A DNA stretch of 64,000 bases from a virus, in IMG/VR virus record IMGVR_UViG_3300036770_006434, positions 64,001 through 128,000 of that record, one strand, 5' to 3'. The notes under the pieces were generated by a model, which did no database searches, was not told the origin of the DNA, and saw nothing but the letters and a program-made list of their open reading frames with translations. Shown piece by piece: positions 26,892-36,385 of this stretch. Both the position numbers and the translations under genes were made by a program. The number at the start of each line of letters is the position of its first letter. Within the stretch, counting starts at the first letter, position 1.

Positions 26892-28519
26892 GGTAAAACA
26901 AGCCCAATTTCTGCTGTATTTATAAACCAACGGGCATATTGGTTGTCTATCGGGTATTTTTCCAAAAACAGTTTGAGCGTTTTCAAATCACATTTGTGGA
27001 CATATCCGTTTTGGTCAGACAAATTTGATGTGTTTCCTTTGCAGAAATACTTGTATACCTGCCCCTCCCTGAAGTCTTGCTTTTGTATGTTCTTAAAATA
27101 CGGAGACATGGAATTGTCAAAAAACCTTTGGTCTATGATACTCTTTTTTATGTAGCAAACGGCCCCTTCGTGAATAGTTGAATTCCACGACTGAATTTCC
27201 TGTGTCACAAAATCTTTTCCATCAAAATCTTTTGAGACATCATATCCAACCAAAACGTCTGAGTCAAGAAAAAACAAATCCAAATCGTTAAAGTAGCACA
27301 TCCCAAGACAGTCAAGCGTGACTCTGGACGCGCCCTCCACATGTGGAAGGTGTAACAGATAGTTTTTTACGTGTATTTTGACCTTCGGATTTATGTAAGG
27401 CTCCTGTCTCTGATCCAGTATTTCGTAAGGCTCTCCGATCTTGTTCAAAACTGGAAAAATAGGAATTGAAGACCCCGAATTTACAATGTAAATATGGTGG
27501 TCTGGCCAAAACTTCCTCACATTCAAATACCAAAGGTAAAAAAACTCCTCGTATTTGCACGGGTTATTGGTCAAGTGATGGGGATTGGATTTTGAAACAT
27601 CCAATAAGGAAGCCGACGGATACCAAGATGTGCAGATGACCGGTTCTTCAAAACGCCTTTTGCGAGGCGCGGGTATTTTCGGCAAAGCGGGCTCTGACTT
27701 GATAAAAACGTCGGTCTCCTTCAAGATGTCGCCAATGTTTTTCACCCAATCCTTGTGACAATAATAGGTTACGCGAACTTTTTCTTGACCCCAACAGTTA
27801 TCGTGATACAGCAAGTTCCAGTATTTGTAACCCATTTGGTCCGAATGCTCTGGAATGAATGTAAGGCATCTTCCGCCTACTGCCAGCATCAGGTGATAAT
27901 CGCCTGTGCATCCACCGATATACTTGCCGACAACATGATAACAGGCCGCCAGTTCTCTTACGCTTAGTCCTTGTATGATTTTTGCTCCGGGAAGCGGTTG
28001 CAATATATTTTTGTAAAAAACCTCCTCTTTTGGCCCAAACTGAAGAACGTCATGTCCAAGTTCCTGTGCGTAAAAAGACAAAATTGAAATCAACCTTTCG
28101 GAAGGTCGTATGTAAGACGCAAGAATGTTTTTGGGATCGTGACAGCCACCGTTTTGATTGCAAAAAACTATTGGATTATTGAATTGGGACAAAAATTGTC
28201 TGGCCCATTGTATTTCCTCTGTTTTTAGCCGAACCTTGGGGATAGAACTGCAACCGCCAAATCCATAAGCCTCAATTATTCTTTGGGTTACATGTTTTTG
28301 AGATGATGACTGTAAATACAGGTTTTCTTCCGGTTTTTCAACAAATTTTACCTCGCATATACCATCAAAAATAGGAGCAGTCATCTCGGCTCTTTTGCAC
28401 CCTTTTCTAAGGTAAACAACCGAATTTGGAACCTTATCCAAGAGAGCGGTAAGATAAAGACAATCTCCAAGATTCGAGAACGGTTGGCCTAGAATGAGTT
28501 TTTCCGACAGTTTGTTCAT
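26888..28519 (-). CDS. Two-domain glycosyltransferase (GT9-like plus GT-A-like), AT-rich
   Basis: NLGDCLYLTA...CTGDYHLMLAVG; second domain contains FLDSDVL. Start at MNKLS (28519). Confidence 0.65.
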   Translation of the reverse strand: MNKLSEKLILGQPFSNLGDCLYLTALLDKVPNSVVYLRKGCKRAEMTAPIFDGICEVKFVEKPEENLYLQSSSQKHVTQRIIEAYGFGGCSSIPKVRLKTEEIQWARQFLSQFNNPIVFCNQNGGCHDPKNILASYIRPSERLISILSFYAQELGHDVLQFGPKEEVFYKNILQPLPGAKIIQGLSVRELAACYHVVGKYIGGCTGDYHLMLAVGGRCLTFIPEHSDQMGYKYWNLLYHDNCWGQEKVRVTYYCHKDWVKNIGDILKETDVFIKSEPALPKIPAPRKRRFEEPVICTSWYPSASLLDVSKSNPHHLTNNPCKYEEFFYLWYLNVRKFWPDHHIYIVNSGSSIPIFPVLNKIGEPYEILDQRQEPYINPKVKIHVKNYLLHLPHVEGASRVTLDCLGMCYFNDLDLFFLDSDVLVGYDVSKDFDGKDFVTQEIQSWNSTIHEGAVCYIKKSIIDQRFFDNSMSPYFKNIQKQDFREGQVYKYFCKGNTSNLSDQNGYVHKCDLKTLKLFLEKYPIDNQYARWFINTAEIGLVLP

Positions 28520-29607
28520 TATCGTTTTACCGCGCTCTGTATAAAACTGCTTTTCGCCAACACCATTCTTTGCGGCAAGTTCATTCCCGGCAAAGAAAGA
28601 ACAAGACTTCCCGGCTGCCACTGTCCCGGCGTGGAATCCGGCCAGTCATATTGCCGATAGTCATATGCGTTGATCGTTTCTTGTGGCAAAATCTTGATTT
28701 TATCGGAGAATCTGGCGTCTTTGTGATATTGGATTACCACCTGTTGCTCATGCCAGCAGTGATTGATTTTAGGAGACTCTTCCAGCAGGAATTCGAGCCA
28801 TTTCTTTGTCCATTCGCTTTTGCGCACAATGAAGCTACCCATGTTAATGTCATGGCAGTCCTTGGTGACGTAGAAATCGTGGGTATCGTCCAGATATTCC
28901 TCTATTCTTTGGGTGAAATTCGTTATAATTGACTGGATATTGAGGACCCACACGAAGTCCATATCGTTCTGCGTCTTAAACAAGTAGTCATATAGAATGT
29001 GAAGTCTTTGAATGGCATAATACAGATTTTGATCGTGGTATACCCCGCTTGCGACCAAATGCTTGTAACCATTTCGATTGCAGTATTCCTCTCGGTCCGG
29101 CACCGCGATCTTGGCGAGGTCACCGTAATTCTCCTGATGGGTGGGAAGAAAATGGGTGAGCAACGCGATATTGGGAGATGTGTCCTTAAACGTGTGTTCG
29201 GTGAAACTGGCGGGCCATTTCTGTTTGGCCCATTCCGGCAGTTTGGAGTCCTTAAAATGGTCCCACCAAGTGGAATAGGTCTTGAACGTTTTTATGACTG
29301 GCGGCGAAATACGCTTCGGCGCATTATAAACGCTAAGAGCCGGATACTGTATGATGATAGGTGACGGAGGCGGAGGGGGAAGAGGCGGGGGTTGCGGCTC
29401 TGGCGGCGGAATGGGCGCGGGGATTTCCGCGACCTTTACCTTTTCAAAAGCGGGGTCAGTTACCGCGCTCGGCGTTTCTTTGACAACGGGTTCTGGCAAC
29501 GGTTTGCGGGCTTCTTCAATGGCCGGAAGCGTTTCGATCACTGGAGTCGGTGCTGTCTTGACCGCTCGTTTCGTCGGTTTTCTGGCCTTCTTTTTTGTAG
29601 CGCTCAT
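28519..29607 (-). CDS. GT34 (MNN10/GMA12)-like glycosyltransferase with a basic, Pro-rich N-terminus
   Basis: EEYCNRNGY, INMGSFIVRKSEWTKKWL, HEQQ, WQPG...LSLPG. Confidence 0.65.
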   Translation of the reverse strand: MSATKKKARKPTKRAVKTAPTPVIETLPAIEEARKPLPEPVVKETPSAVTDPAFEKVKVAEIPAPIPPPEPQPPPLPPPPPSPIIIQYPALSVYNAPKRISPPVIKTFKTYSTWWDHFKDSKLPEWAKQKWPASFTEHTFKDTSPNIALLTHFLPTHQENYGDLAKIAVPDREEYCNRNGYKHLVASGVYHDQNLYYAIQRLHILYDYLFKTQNDMDFVWVLNIQSIITNFTQRIEEYLDDTHDFYVTKDCHDINMGSFIVRKSEWTKKWLEFLLEESPKINHCWHEQQVVIQYHKDARFSDKIKILPQETINAYDYRQYDWPDSTPGQWQPGSLVLSLPGMNLPQRMVLAKSSFIQSAVKR

Positions 29608-30485
29608 GTGATTGCCTCAAGTTTTTTTACGCCCATAGTTACCCGCTCTACTCCGACCCGCAAATCTTTGTATCCGGCTTTATTCAAAAACACCAACCTT
29701 GAGACGGAAATCCTCAGGTAGTAAACCCAGAATCTGTTCTGCCAGTCTGTGTCGGAGACAATTTGCGCTGCCTGTTCTCCGTAGTAAAACGGCAAAATAC
29801 AATCCCAATTCCCGATCCAGCCGGGCCTAGTGAAAGCCGCCCAAGACACCAAGTCAAATACGGGGTCGCCGACCAGTGCGTCTTCCCAGTCTATGATAGC
29901 GGAGATTTCTCCGTTATGGAAAAAGACGTTCCTGTCATTCAGGTCGCCGTGAAGCAGGAATAGCGGGCGGTTTACGGTGGACTCTTGTTTGCAAAACGAC
30001 CGAATTGCAGAAAGGATTGCGTCGCCGCCCTCTTTGACGACCAGAGAGTTATCAACCAGATAGCTGATATTCTCTAAAACGTTGCTGATCAGGTATTCGG
30101 ACCATTTTTCGTGTCCACCTTTTATGGGTTCTGTCCCGTCTACTAACCCAGCGCCATCACCGGGAATAGCGTGGACCTTGGCCAGCAGGGCACCCAATTT
30201 TCTATATGCCATCGAACGCTGTTCCTGATCCAGTTTATCCAGACTCACGCCCTTGGCGCGATCCCAGACCTGATGCCCCAAATCCCCGTATTTGACGAAG
30301 ACTCCGTTCGGGACCGGAACCCCGGCTTCACGGAGTTTTGCGGCAATCTGTATTTCCCGCTTTAGGCCCGCATAGTTTTGGGTCAAAGTCCGTCGGTAGA
30401 AAAGACCGTAGCGTTCTTCCGTTTTGTTGCGGCAGACAGCGGGACCATCCGTTTTCAGGTGAAACAGCTGGCGATCAGTCTTCAT
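29604..30485 (-). CDS. APH/choline-kinase-family phosphotransferase
   Basis: Brenner motif LLHGDLNDRNV; IIDWEDA; GDPVFDL. Confidence 0.85.
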   Translation of the reverse strand: MKTDRQLFHLKTDGPAVCRNKTEERYGLFYRRTLTQNYAGLKREIQIAAKLREAGVPVPNGVFVKYGDLGHQVWDRAKGVSLDKLDQEQRSMAYRKLGALLAKVHAIPGDGAGLVDGTEPIKGGHEKWSEYLISNVLENISYLVDNSLVVKEGGDAILSAIRSFCKQESTVNRPLFLLHGDLNDRNVFFHNGEISAIIDWEDALVGDPVFDLVSWAAFTRPGWIGNWDCILPFYYGEQAAQIVSDTDWQNRFWVYYLRISVSRLVFLNKAGYKDLRVGVERVTMGVKKLEAIT

Positions 30486-31419
30486 GGGGATTCAGCCCAA
30501 AATCAGCCGCTTCATACCCCCATTCGACAAGTTGAAAATAGCACTCGGTTTCGATGGCTTTAGCCTGAATTAGTGATAGCTCTTGGGCGGTGGCGATATT
30601 AGCCTCTCTGGTCGCGCTCTTGATCGTGCCCCAAGGGTAGACTTGCGTAAGCGGAGTCCGATTGAAGGACGGCGCGGGGGTTTCGGCGAATCGGTCGAGG
30701 CCAATGTTCTCCATGACTCGGTTCAGTGTGCCGGCCGGACTTCTGACCAAGTCCTCATATCGAATCACATGGAAGCGGCCATGATACTTGATCTGGCAAA
30801 TCTTGGCGTGACTCTGAAACACGTTCCAGAGTTGACAATACTTCTCAAGCGACCAAGGGAACGGGCGCTTGATAGTATCTGAAAATCCAGACCACGGGTT
30901 ACGAGATACATAAATCATGTGCCCATCCGGGAAGTCTTGGAAGAACTTGTCAGCATCCATGTGAATGGCGGGGAGGTAGCCAACATAATGGGTCTCGCGA
31001 CCAGTCCGGGCGAAGTTCTTCCACGCTTCAAAGGTTGAGCGGAAGTAGGCTTCCACGTATCCGCGCCGTTGATAGGGGGCTTGGGCAGTATTGATAAAAG
31101 CCCGAATCCGATCCTTCTCATCCATCTCCATCCCGCAATCCTTGAACTTCGACCGATAGCGCGTGCGCAAGAACGTCTTGACCTCCTCGTCATAGAACAA
31201 ATGATAAGCCTGCTCCGGCGTTACTTCGGAATCAAACGACGGCCAAGCGTAGCGAAACGGGACTGCCGGCGTCAGGATATTCGCGGAATTCGGTGTGCCA
31301 AGCATGGATTCTGTTGGATACACCATGAGTTGAGGGTGGGAGTCGAGGTGGCGATGGGTGGTATTCCCGCCAGCTTCAAAAGTTGCCGACAACATGATAA
31401 GATTGAATTTATTTGACAT
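30475..31419 (-). CDS. Sulfotransferase-like protein
   Basis: ATFEAGGNTTHRHLDSHP (5'-PSB-like), SRNPW, IRYEDLV. Confidence 0.7.
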   Translation of the reverse strand: MSNKFNLIMLSATFEAGGNTTHRHLDSHPQLMVYPTESMLGTPNSANILTPAVPFRYAWPSFDSEVTPEQAYHLFYDEEVKTFLRTRYRSKFKDCGMEMDEKDRIRAFINTAQAPYQRRGYVEAYFRSTFEAWKNFARTGRETHYVGYLPAIHMDADKFFQDFPDGHMIYVSRNPWSGFSDTIKRPFPWSLEKYCQLWNVFQSHAKICQIKYHGRFHVIRYEDLVRSPAGTLNRVMENIGLDRFAETPAPSFNRTPLTQVYPWGTIKSATREANIATAQELSLIQAKAIETECYFQLVEWGYEAADFGLNPHED

Positions 31420-32188
31420 AAATAGGTGATGGTGAATTATCTTTGAAATTGAGCTTTCTGTTTAGATTGTTTGATATGCAATAATTGTCATATGCTTTGG
31501 CCGCGTCTTCTTCTGTGTCAAACCGTCCTAAATAAATATTTCTGTCGTTTACTCTTATGCAGCCATTCCAAGTATTTCTACGCTTGTCAAGTTGAACGCC
31601 TACGAATTTACTGGAACTTTTCCTTGTTTTGGCCGTTGACAACGCCTTTTTCGCGCTTTCAATCTCTTCTGGGGATGCGTCTTGTATATTTAAGACCACA
31701 ACTTCGTTGGGATACAAAACCGACATGTATAAATCTCTAATTAAAGCAGCCTCTCTTGCTGAATCTGTGTAGCAAATCGTTTTTGGTTTATTGTTTATGG
31801 AGACACGCGCAATATAGCGTGTTTTGCCTTCAAATCTTTTGTCTATTGACACCCCAATGTAACCGGTTGTATTTTTGTCTGTTTTGCCTTTGTTCAAGGC
31901 GTTTTGCAACGCGTTTACCTTTCTTAAATTGGTGATTTTGTTATTTAGCCTGTTTCTGTCAATGTGATCTATGAAACCAGACTCAATCGGGCCATAAACC
32001 GACTCGTAAATCAGACGATGCATCCACGGCGACTTTGTGTCCTCTACCTTTCTTTTGCGCGATCTTTTTGCGTATCCGTAATGGGTTTTATGCCATTTGA
32101 ATTTGCTAACGGTTTCAAACTGATCGTCGTCAATGATGGCGAAATCTATCGCTTTTCCTGATTTGTCATTTAATGGAATTGTGCTCAC
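31409..32188 (-). CDS. HNH homing endonuclease with AP2 DNA-binding domains
   Basis: MHRLI...IDHIDRNRLNNKITNLR; two AP2-like repeats (GYIGV, KFVGV...YLGRFDTEEDAAKAYD). AT-rich. Confidence 0.9.
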   Translation of the reverse strand: MSTIPLNDKSGKAIDFAIIDDDQFETVSKFKWHKTHYGYAKRSRKRKVEDTKSPWMHRLIYESVYGPIESGFIDHIDRNRLNNKITNLRKVNALQNALNKGKTDKNTTGYIGVSIDKRFEGKTRYIARVSINNKPKTICYTDSAREAALIRDLYMSVLYPNEVVVLNIQDASPEEIESAKKALSTAKTRKSSSKFVGVQLDKRRNTWNGCIRVNDRNIYLGRFDTEEDAAKAYDNYCISNNLNRKLNFKDNSPSPIYVK

Positions 32189-32208
32189 TGGATATTGACT
32201 TCCCCAAT

Positions 32209-32236
32209 AGTATGGGGCGTATTAGGTGTGAGGCAA
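32209..32236 (-). promoter_or_regulatory. Sigma70-like promoter TTGCCT-N16-CATACT; the -10 overlaps a CCCCA/TGGGG hairpin
   Basis: Intergenic, upstream of the HNH-AP2 gene. Confidence 0.55.
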
Positions 32237-32253
32237 GTCTTTTCTGTCGAAAG

Positions 32254-33081
32254 TTACAGGATATCCCGTAATCCGGCGATAACCCATTCAGCGGGAATAT
32301 CCGATACCGTCCTGCCAACCAGATATCTTCCGTTTTTGTTGATGGGCTGGATATTATGAATGTAGTCCCGGCCAAAGTAGCGTTCCGAGTATAACCCGAC
32401 TACCGGGAAATCATACCCGGAAAGAAGCCAGTTGAACCCGGAGTCGCCCATGACCATGGCTCGGCAGCCAAGAACGTTGCGAACGGACGTAAAATAATCA
32501 GTGTCCAGTTTTGCGACGTTATCCAACTTGGGCTCAGTCGGGCCGCCGACCTGCAATACGCCGTAGCCGAGACCGAGGATTGCGTCCACGATTTCCTGCG
32601 CCTTGGCCGGCGGGATTGCCTTCGGGTTGTTCACGCCTTCATGGAAGGATGGCCAAGGGGAAAATGCCACAAACTTTTCGAGACCCGGCGTCGGTTTGAA
32701 CCATTTGGTAAGAGTGATCTTCCCGTCATCACCATCGTAGGGAATTCCATGCATGTGCGCGGCTTCCAGCGCCTGATGACGGTTCTGCCACCAAGGAGTG
32801 GAATGGTCATGGTCGGCCATGGGATTGAAAACGTGGGCAAACCTCTGGGAGTTGATCCAATCCATGTCTACGGAATCAAACCCGTCTCGGGACTTGTTCA
32901 AAATGTGAACCCGGTCAATGTGGGGACTGTCCAGAAAGATAGGCGCACATTCTCTGAAATCGCCGGCAATCACGAAGGTCAGGTGGGAGTCGGGGACAGC
33001 ACGTTTCAGGCAGCGGGCAGCGACGGACATCATGTAGAGGTCGCCATACATATTTGGATTGAACCCAAGGAAGCGTTTCAT
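32254..33081 (-). CDS. GT9-like glycosyltransferase
   Basis: YGDLYMMS...; LQVGGPTE; MGDSGFNWL. Confidence 0.75.
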   Translation of the reverse strand: MKRFLGFNPNMYGDLYMMSVAARCLKRAVPDSHLTFVIAGDFRECAPIFLDSPHIDRVHILNKSRDGFDSVDMDWINSQRFAHVFNPMADHDHSTPWWQNRHQALEAAHMHGIPYDGDDGKITLTKWFKPTPGLEKFVAFSPWPSFHEGVNNPKAIPPAKAQEIVDAILGLGYGVLQVGGPTEPKLDNVAKLDTDYFTSVRNVLGCRAMVMGDSGFNWLLSGYDFPVVGLYSERYFGRDYIHNIQPINKNGRYLVGRTVSDIPAEWVIAGLRDIL

Positions 33082-33083
33082 TT

Positions 33084-33692
33084 TTAGATTTTTCCGTAAA
33101 CTGTTGGAATAGAAAATCTAGAAGCGGATTCGGAGTTCCAAGAACCCATAAACGGAAGTGGTTTTGAAGAAGATTTGGTTGCTATTAATTTACAATATGA
33201 AATAAAATCGTTTTGATCAAAATTCCATTTCATTTGATTTATGTCTTTGTGAATCCATTGAATATTTCCCTCAATATATCCCTCGTCCGAGTCTATTCTA
33301 TCTAAAGACGCTGTTCCGTCAGACGAAGTTGAACTGGACGCGAAACAAATTGGCAAATCTGTAAGGGCACACTTTTTTGACTGTCGCAAATATAAAAACC
33401 ACAAATATTCGCCCGTAACCGAATACTCTAAATTTCGCAATTTTGCATTGTGTTTAATGTTGTGTAAATAAGTCCCGGATATATCTTCGTAACCGTTAAA
33501 TGCGGCGTGCTTTTTGCCTTTATTTCTGCTGACTGGGTTACATTTTGTTTTTAATCCCATACGATTCGCCTTGCTTAATATAGAATGCGCGCTTTTATTT
33601 AATTTTTCAGACAAACCTTTTGCTCCCAAATTAAAATAATCAGATAGCAATATTTGCTCTTCGTCATCTGTCCAGCTTTTTGGTCTTCCCAT
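33084..33692 (-). CDS. Free-standing homing-endonuclease-like protein (same family as 17749-18552)
   Basis: WTDDEEQIL HTH; CALTD...ASLDRIDSDEGYIEGNIQWIHKDIN. AT-rich; TAATG overlap upstream. Confidence 0.7.
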   Translation of the reverse strand: MGRPKSWTDDEEQILLSDYFNLGAKGLSEKLNKSAHSILSKANRMGLKTKCNPVSRNKGKKHAAFNGYEDISGTYLHNIKHNAKLRNLEYSVTGEYLWFLYLRQSKKCALTDLPICFASSSTSSDGTASLDRIDSDEGYIEGNIQWIHKDINQMKWNFDQNDFISYCKLIATKSSSKPLPFMGSWNSESASRFSIPTVYGKI

Positions 33693-34417
33693 TATAAATT
33701 AGTTGCTTCGACTGGAGTGCAGTCTAAAAATTTAGATTCAAACTTTGGAAATACAAGTTTTTTTTCTTTCCATGGTCTATTTAGGCATTTATATTGATAA
33801 GCTGGCCAACCTCTGTCTTTTGGTTCGTAAGTGTAAAAATCAATTATTGGAAGGGCCATTTGTCTTAAAAATATTTCAAAATTAGCATGTGGCCATAAAA
33901 GGGATGGATAAACTACATTGTGTGTTACAAGCTCAGTAGGAATACTTATAAAAATATTTCCGTTTTCCTTGACCATTTTTTTTATTTCAACAATGGCATT
34001 ATATGGATTACTGAGGTGTTCAAGAACCTCCAGACAGAACGCCGCGTCAAATGGCTTTGAAGGAAGCGCGCCAAGTATATCGGGCTGTTTGGGCAGCGTT
34101 CCATAATTGTTCCAGTAATCACCAAAACGATGATAGTCCAAGTCTACTTTGTGCCAAATCCCTTTTGATACCTTGCTTTCTTCCGGGATATTGGCACCGT
34201 CAAATACGTGATACTCCGTGGACTTGTCCAGATACTCTCCGGCGAAACCGAGGCCGCCGCCGACATCGGCCAGCCGCTTGCCGGCCAACTTCTCTTTCAA
34301 CCCATACCGGCGGACCAGTTCGCCTATTCTGGGACCGTGGTCTGCTCTATAATTTTCGATGTATGAACTGACGGGCTTAGTGTAAAACCCGTCTACGGAA
34401 TTGGTTATGTCACTCAT
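33692..34417 (-). CDS. Class I SAM-dependent methyltransferase
   Basis: LADVGGGLG; FDAAFCLEVLEHL. Confidence 0.85.
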   Translation of the reverse strand: MSDITNSVDGFYTKPVSSYIENYRADHGPRIGELVRRYGLKEKLAGKRLADVGGGLGFAGEYLDKSTEYHVFDGANIPEESKVSKGIWHKVDLDYHRFGDYWNNYGTLPKQPDILGALPSKPFDAAFCLEVLEHLSNPYNAIVEIKKMVKENGNIFISIPTELVTHNVVYPSLLWPHANFEIFLRQMALPIIDFYTYEPKDRGWPAYQYKCLNRPWKEKKLVFPKFESKFLDCTPVEATNL

Positions 34418-34809
34418 TTTGGCTGATCGTTTTCTGCGTTTTCGTATCCTATCTTGATCTCTTTCTCCTTTGTCTCTGGAAAGAATTTTTCCTGCAATCT
34501 ATTCTTGGCTTTCCATCTGGCGAGGTTCAGGCTGTCCACCTCCAAGTCATAGCATTGGCCGGGCACTCTTTCCGGCGACTTCAGGTAGTCGATAAGATCG
34601 TATAGCTTCAGGTTTTCCTGAAGGAGTTCGCCATACTCTTTCGAGCTGATAATCCATAGGTGAAGAGAGCGCCCTATTGACTGCGCCATGTCAGATGAAA
34701 ATTTGAGCAAAGCATCGTCAACAGCTGGACTCCGAGTTTTGAAGGCTTTGATTTCGAGTATCGCCAACATGTCGTAGGCGACGCCCGGTGGAACAGAGAC
34801 TTTGATCAT
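34414..34809 (-). CDS. Hypothetical protein (possibly DUF6165-like, typical of phage glycan islands)
   Basis: IKVSVPPGVAYDMLAILEIK N-terminus and late N..RW..K; family recalled, not searched. Confidence 0.45.
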   Translation of the reverse strand: MIKVSVPPGVAYDMLAILEIKAFKTRSPAVDDALLKFSSDMAQSIGRSLHLWIISSKEYGELLQENLKLYDLIDYLKSPERVPGQCYDLEVDSLNLARWKAKNRLQEKFFPETKEKEIKIGYENAENDQPK

Positions 34810-34812
34810 GAT

Positions 34813-35526
34813 CTAGGAAAGTGGTCGGATAGAAAAAAGATCGGAACTGATCGGCGCAAACAGCAGGTCTGTCTGTATCAGCATTCCTTTAGAACTGTAG
34901 TGAAAGTCAACAATGTCGTATACCCTAAAGCCAAGGACCGACATTTCCGCGATTACGTCACCTATTCTCGGGGCACCCTCATTGTAATCTTGTATTTGGA
35001 CTTCCAATTGGATCAGTTTTGCGCCCTTCAAAGTATTTGCGCCACCCCTTAGAATGGAAACTTCTGCGCCCTGACAGTCCAACTTGATGAAATCATAGAG
35101 GATTCCTTTGCAAACTTTGTCCAAAGTCTCGGTTCTTACCGGAACCGATTGAAATGGAGCGGAAGAGTTTTCCTTGAACAATCCATTTCCCTCGCCGCAA
35201 CCGGTTTGGCATTTGTGATAAAATGTGTTCCGAGAAACACTGTCCAATACCGCAATAATCGGAGGCAACACATGGATTTCGGCAGCCTTTTTGTTCAGGA
35301 CATGTTCGCAGTCCGGGTTGGCTTCTATCATCTGAATTTCGGCTTGCGGCCAAATATGACGAGCCAAACCGCACCAATGGCCATGGTATGCGCCGATATC
35401 CAGAATCCGCTGCGGTGAAAACCCCAAAGCGCGGACCGCCGCGAAACGGACAGCCTGATTCAGCCAATCTTTACCGTAGTTTTCGGGCAAAATGGAAGTG
35501 GCGTTATTCACTTCGCAATCCTCCAA
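34813..35526 (-). CDS. FkbM-family methyltransferase
   Basis: LDIGAYHG, IEANP, FIKLDCQGAE. Confidence 0.88.
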   Translation of the reverse strand: MEDCEVNNATSILPENYGKDWLNQAVRFAAVRALGFSPQRILDIGAYHGHWCGLARHIWPQAEIQMIEANPDCEHVLNKKAAEIHVLPPIIAVLDSVSRNTFYHKCQTGCGEGNGLFKENSSAPFQSVPVRTETLDKVCKGILYDFIKLDCQGAEVSILRGGANTLKGAKLIQLEVQIQDYNEGAPRIGDVIAEMSVLGFRVYDIVDFHYSSKGMLIQTDLLFAPISSDLFSIRPLS

Positions 35527-36110
35527 GTGCCAAATTCGATTTCGGTCACCTTGTCCCTGTCAACAAAAGCGCAGACCGTTTCGTAAGCCTCCGGGGCGTA
35601 TATCGTTACAACCGCCCTCGGTTTAAGCGCCGGCCACCATGAGTCCAAATCCCTTTTGACGTTTTCCGGCTTCTGGGAAAGCCCAAGGTGGAGATAAGAC
35701 ACGCTCTCGTTTTTGAACTCGCACCCGCAGGCAGACGGGAACTGCGCATAATCATGGAGATATCCTGCGGCAGGCGAGTGTTTGACATAAATCTGGAACA
35801 GGTCAAAAAAGCAGCCGGGACCGCCCATGCGGGAATACCATTCGGTCAACTGTTCTCCCCAAGGGGTATTTCCGGTTCTGCCCTCGCCATGGACCGGCTC
35901 AACGTTTTGACCCCAAGTGTCGATTGCGTAAAACCGGGCTTTTGACGAGAATTTCTTGAGGCTTTCCATCATGTAGCAAGTGCCGCGCCCCATATATGGA
36001 CCGACCTCCACAATGATGTCGTCCTGTTTGGCGGTCGCTGCCACGTTGTCGAACTCCGAAAACGGCGGGTTTTTGCCCGGGATAAAGGTCCAGTATTCGA
36101 TGTGGTTCAT
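35508..36110 (-). CDS. Class I SAM-dependent methyltransferase-like protein
   Basis: IVEVGPYMGRGT, AIDTW, W.ALKP. Confidence 0.7.
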   Translation of the reverse strand: MNHIEYWTFIPGKNPPFSEFDNVAATAKQDDIIVEVGPYMGRGTCYMMESLKKFSSKARFYAIDTWGQNVEPVHGEGRTGNTPWGEQLTEWYSRMGGPGCFFDLFQIYVKHSPAAGYLHDYAQFPSACGCEFKNESVSYLHLGLSQKPENVKRDLDSWWPALKPRAVVTIYAPEAYETVCAFVDRDKVTEIEFGTWRIAK

Positions 36111-36385
36111 TTTTTCAGGGGTTGATTCAGGTTCTTGTCCACATATTCCGACAGGACTTGGGCGTAAAAGGCGAGAGAGTTGACTACCTTGTCCGGGTCA
36201 TGTCCTTTTTCGATTTGGACCTGCGCCCAGCGGGCCAGATTGGTAAAAACCTTTGCCTTTCTGTTGAAGATATTGCCGAGAATGCGGACCATATCGTCGG
36301 GATTAGCATGAATATAGCCACGGACAAAATTGAGTATAATCACTTTTTTGATGGCGTTTTCCAAATCGTTAAGGGTCAGATTCAT
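36107..36385 (-). CDS. Hypothetical protein (92 aa)
   Basis: ATGA overlaps on both sides. Confidence 0.6.
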   Translation of the reverse strand: MNLTLNDLENAIKKVIILNFVRGYIHANPDDMVRILGNIFNRKAKVFTNLARWAQVQIEKGHDPDKVVNSLAFYAQVLSEYVDKNLNQPLKK

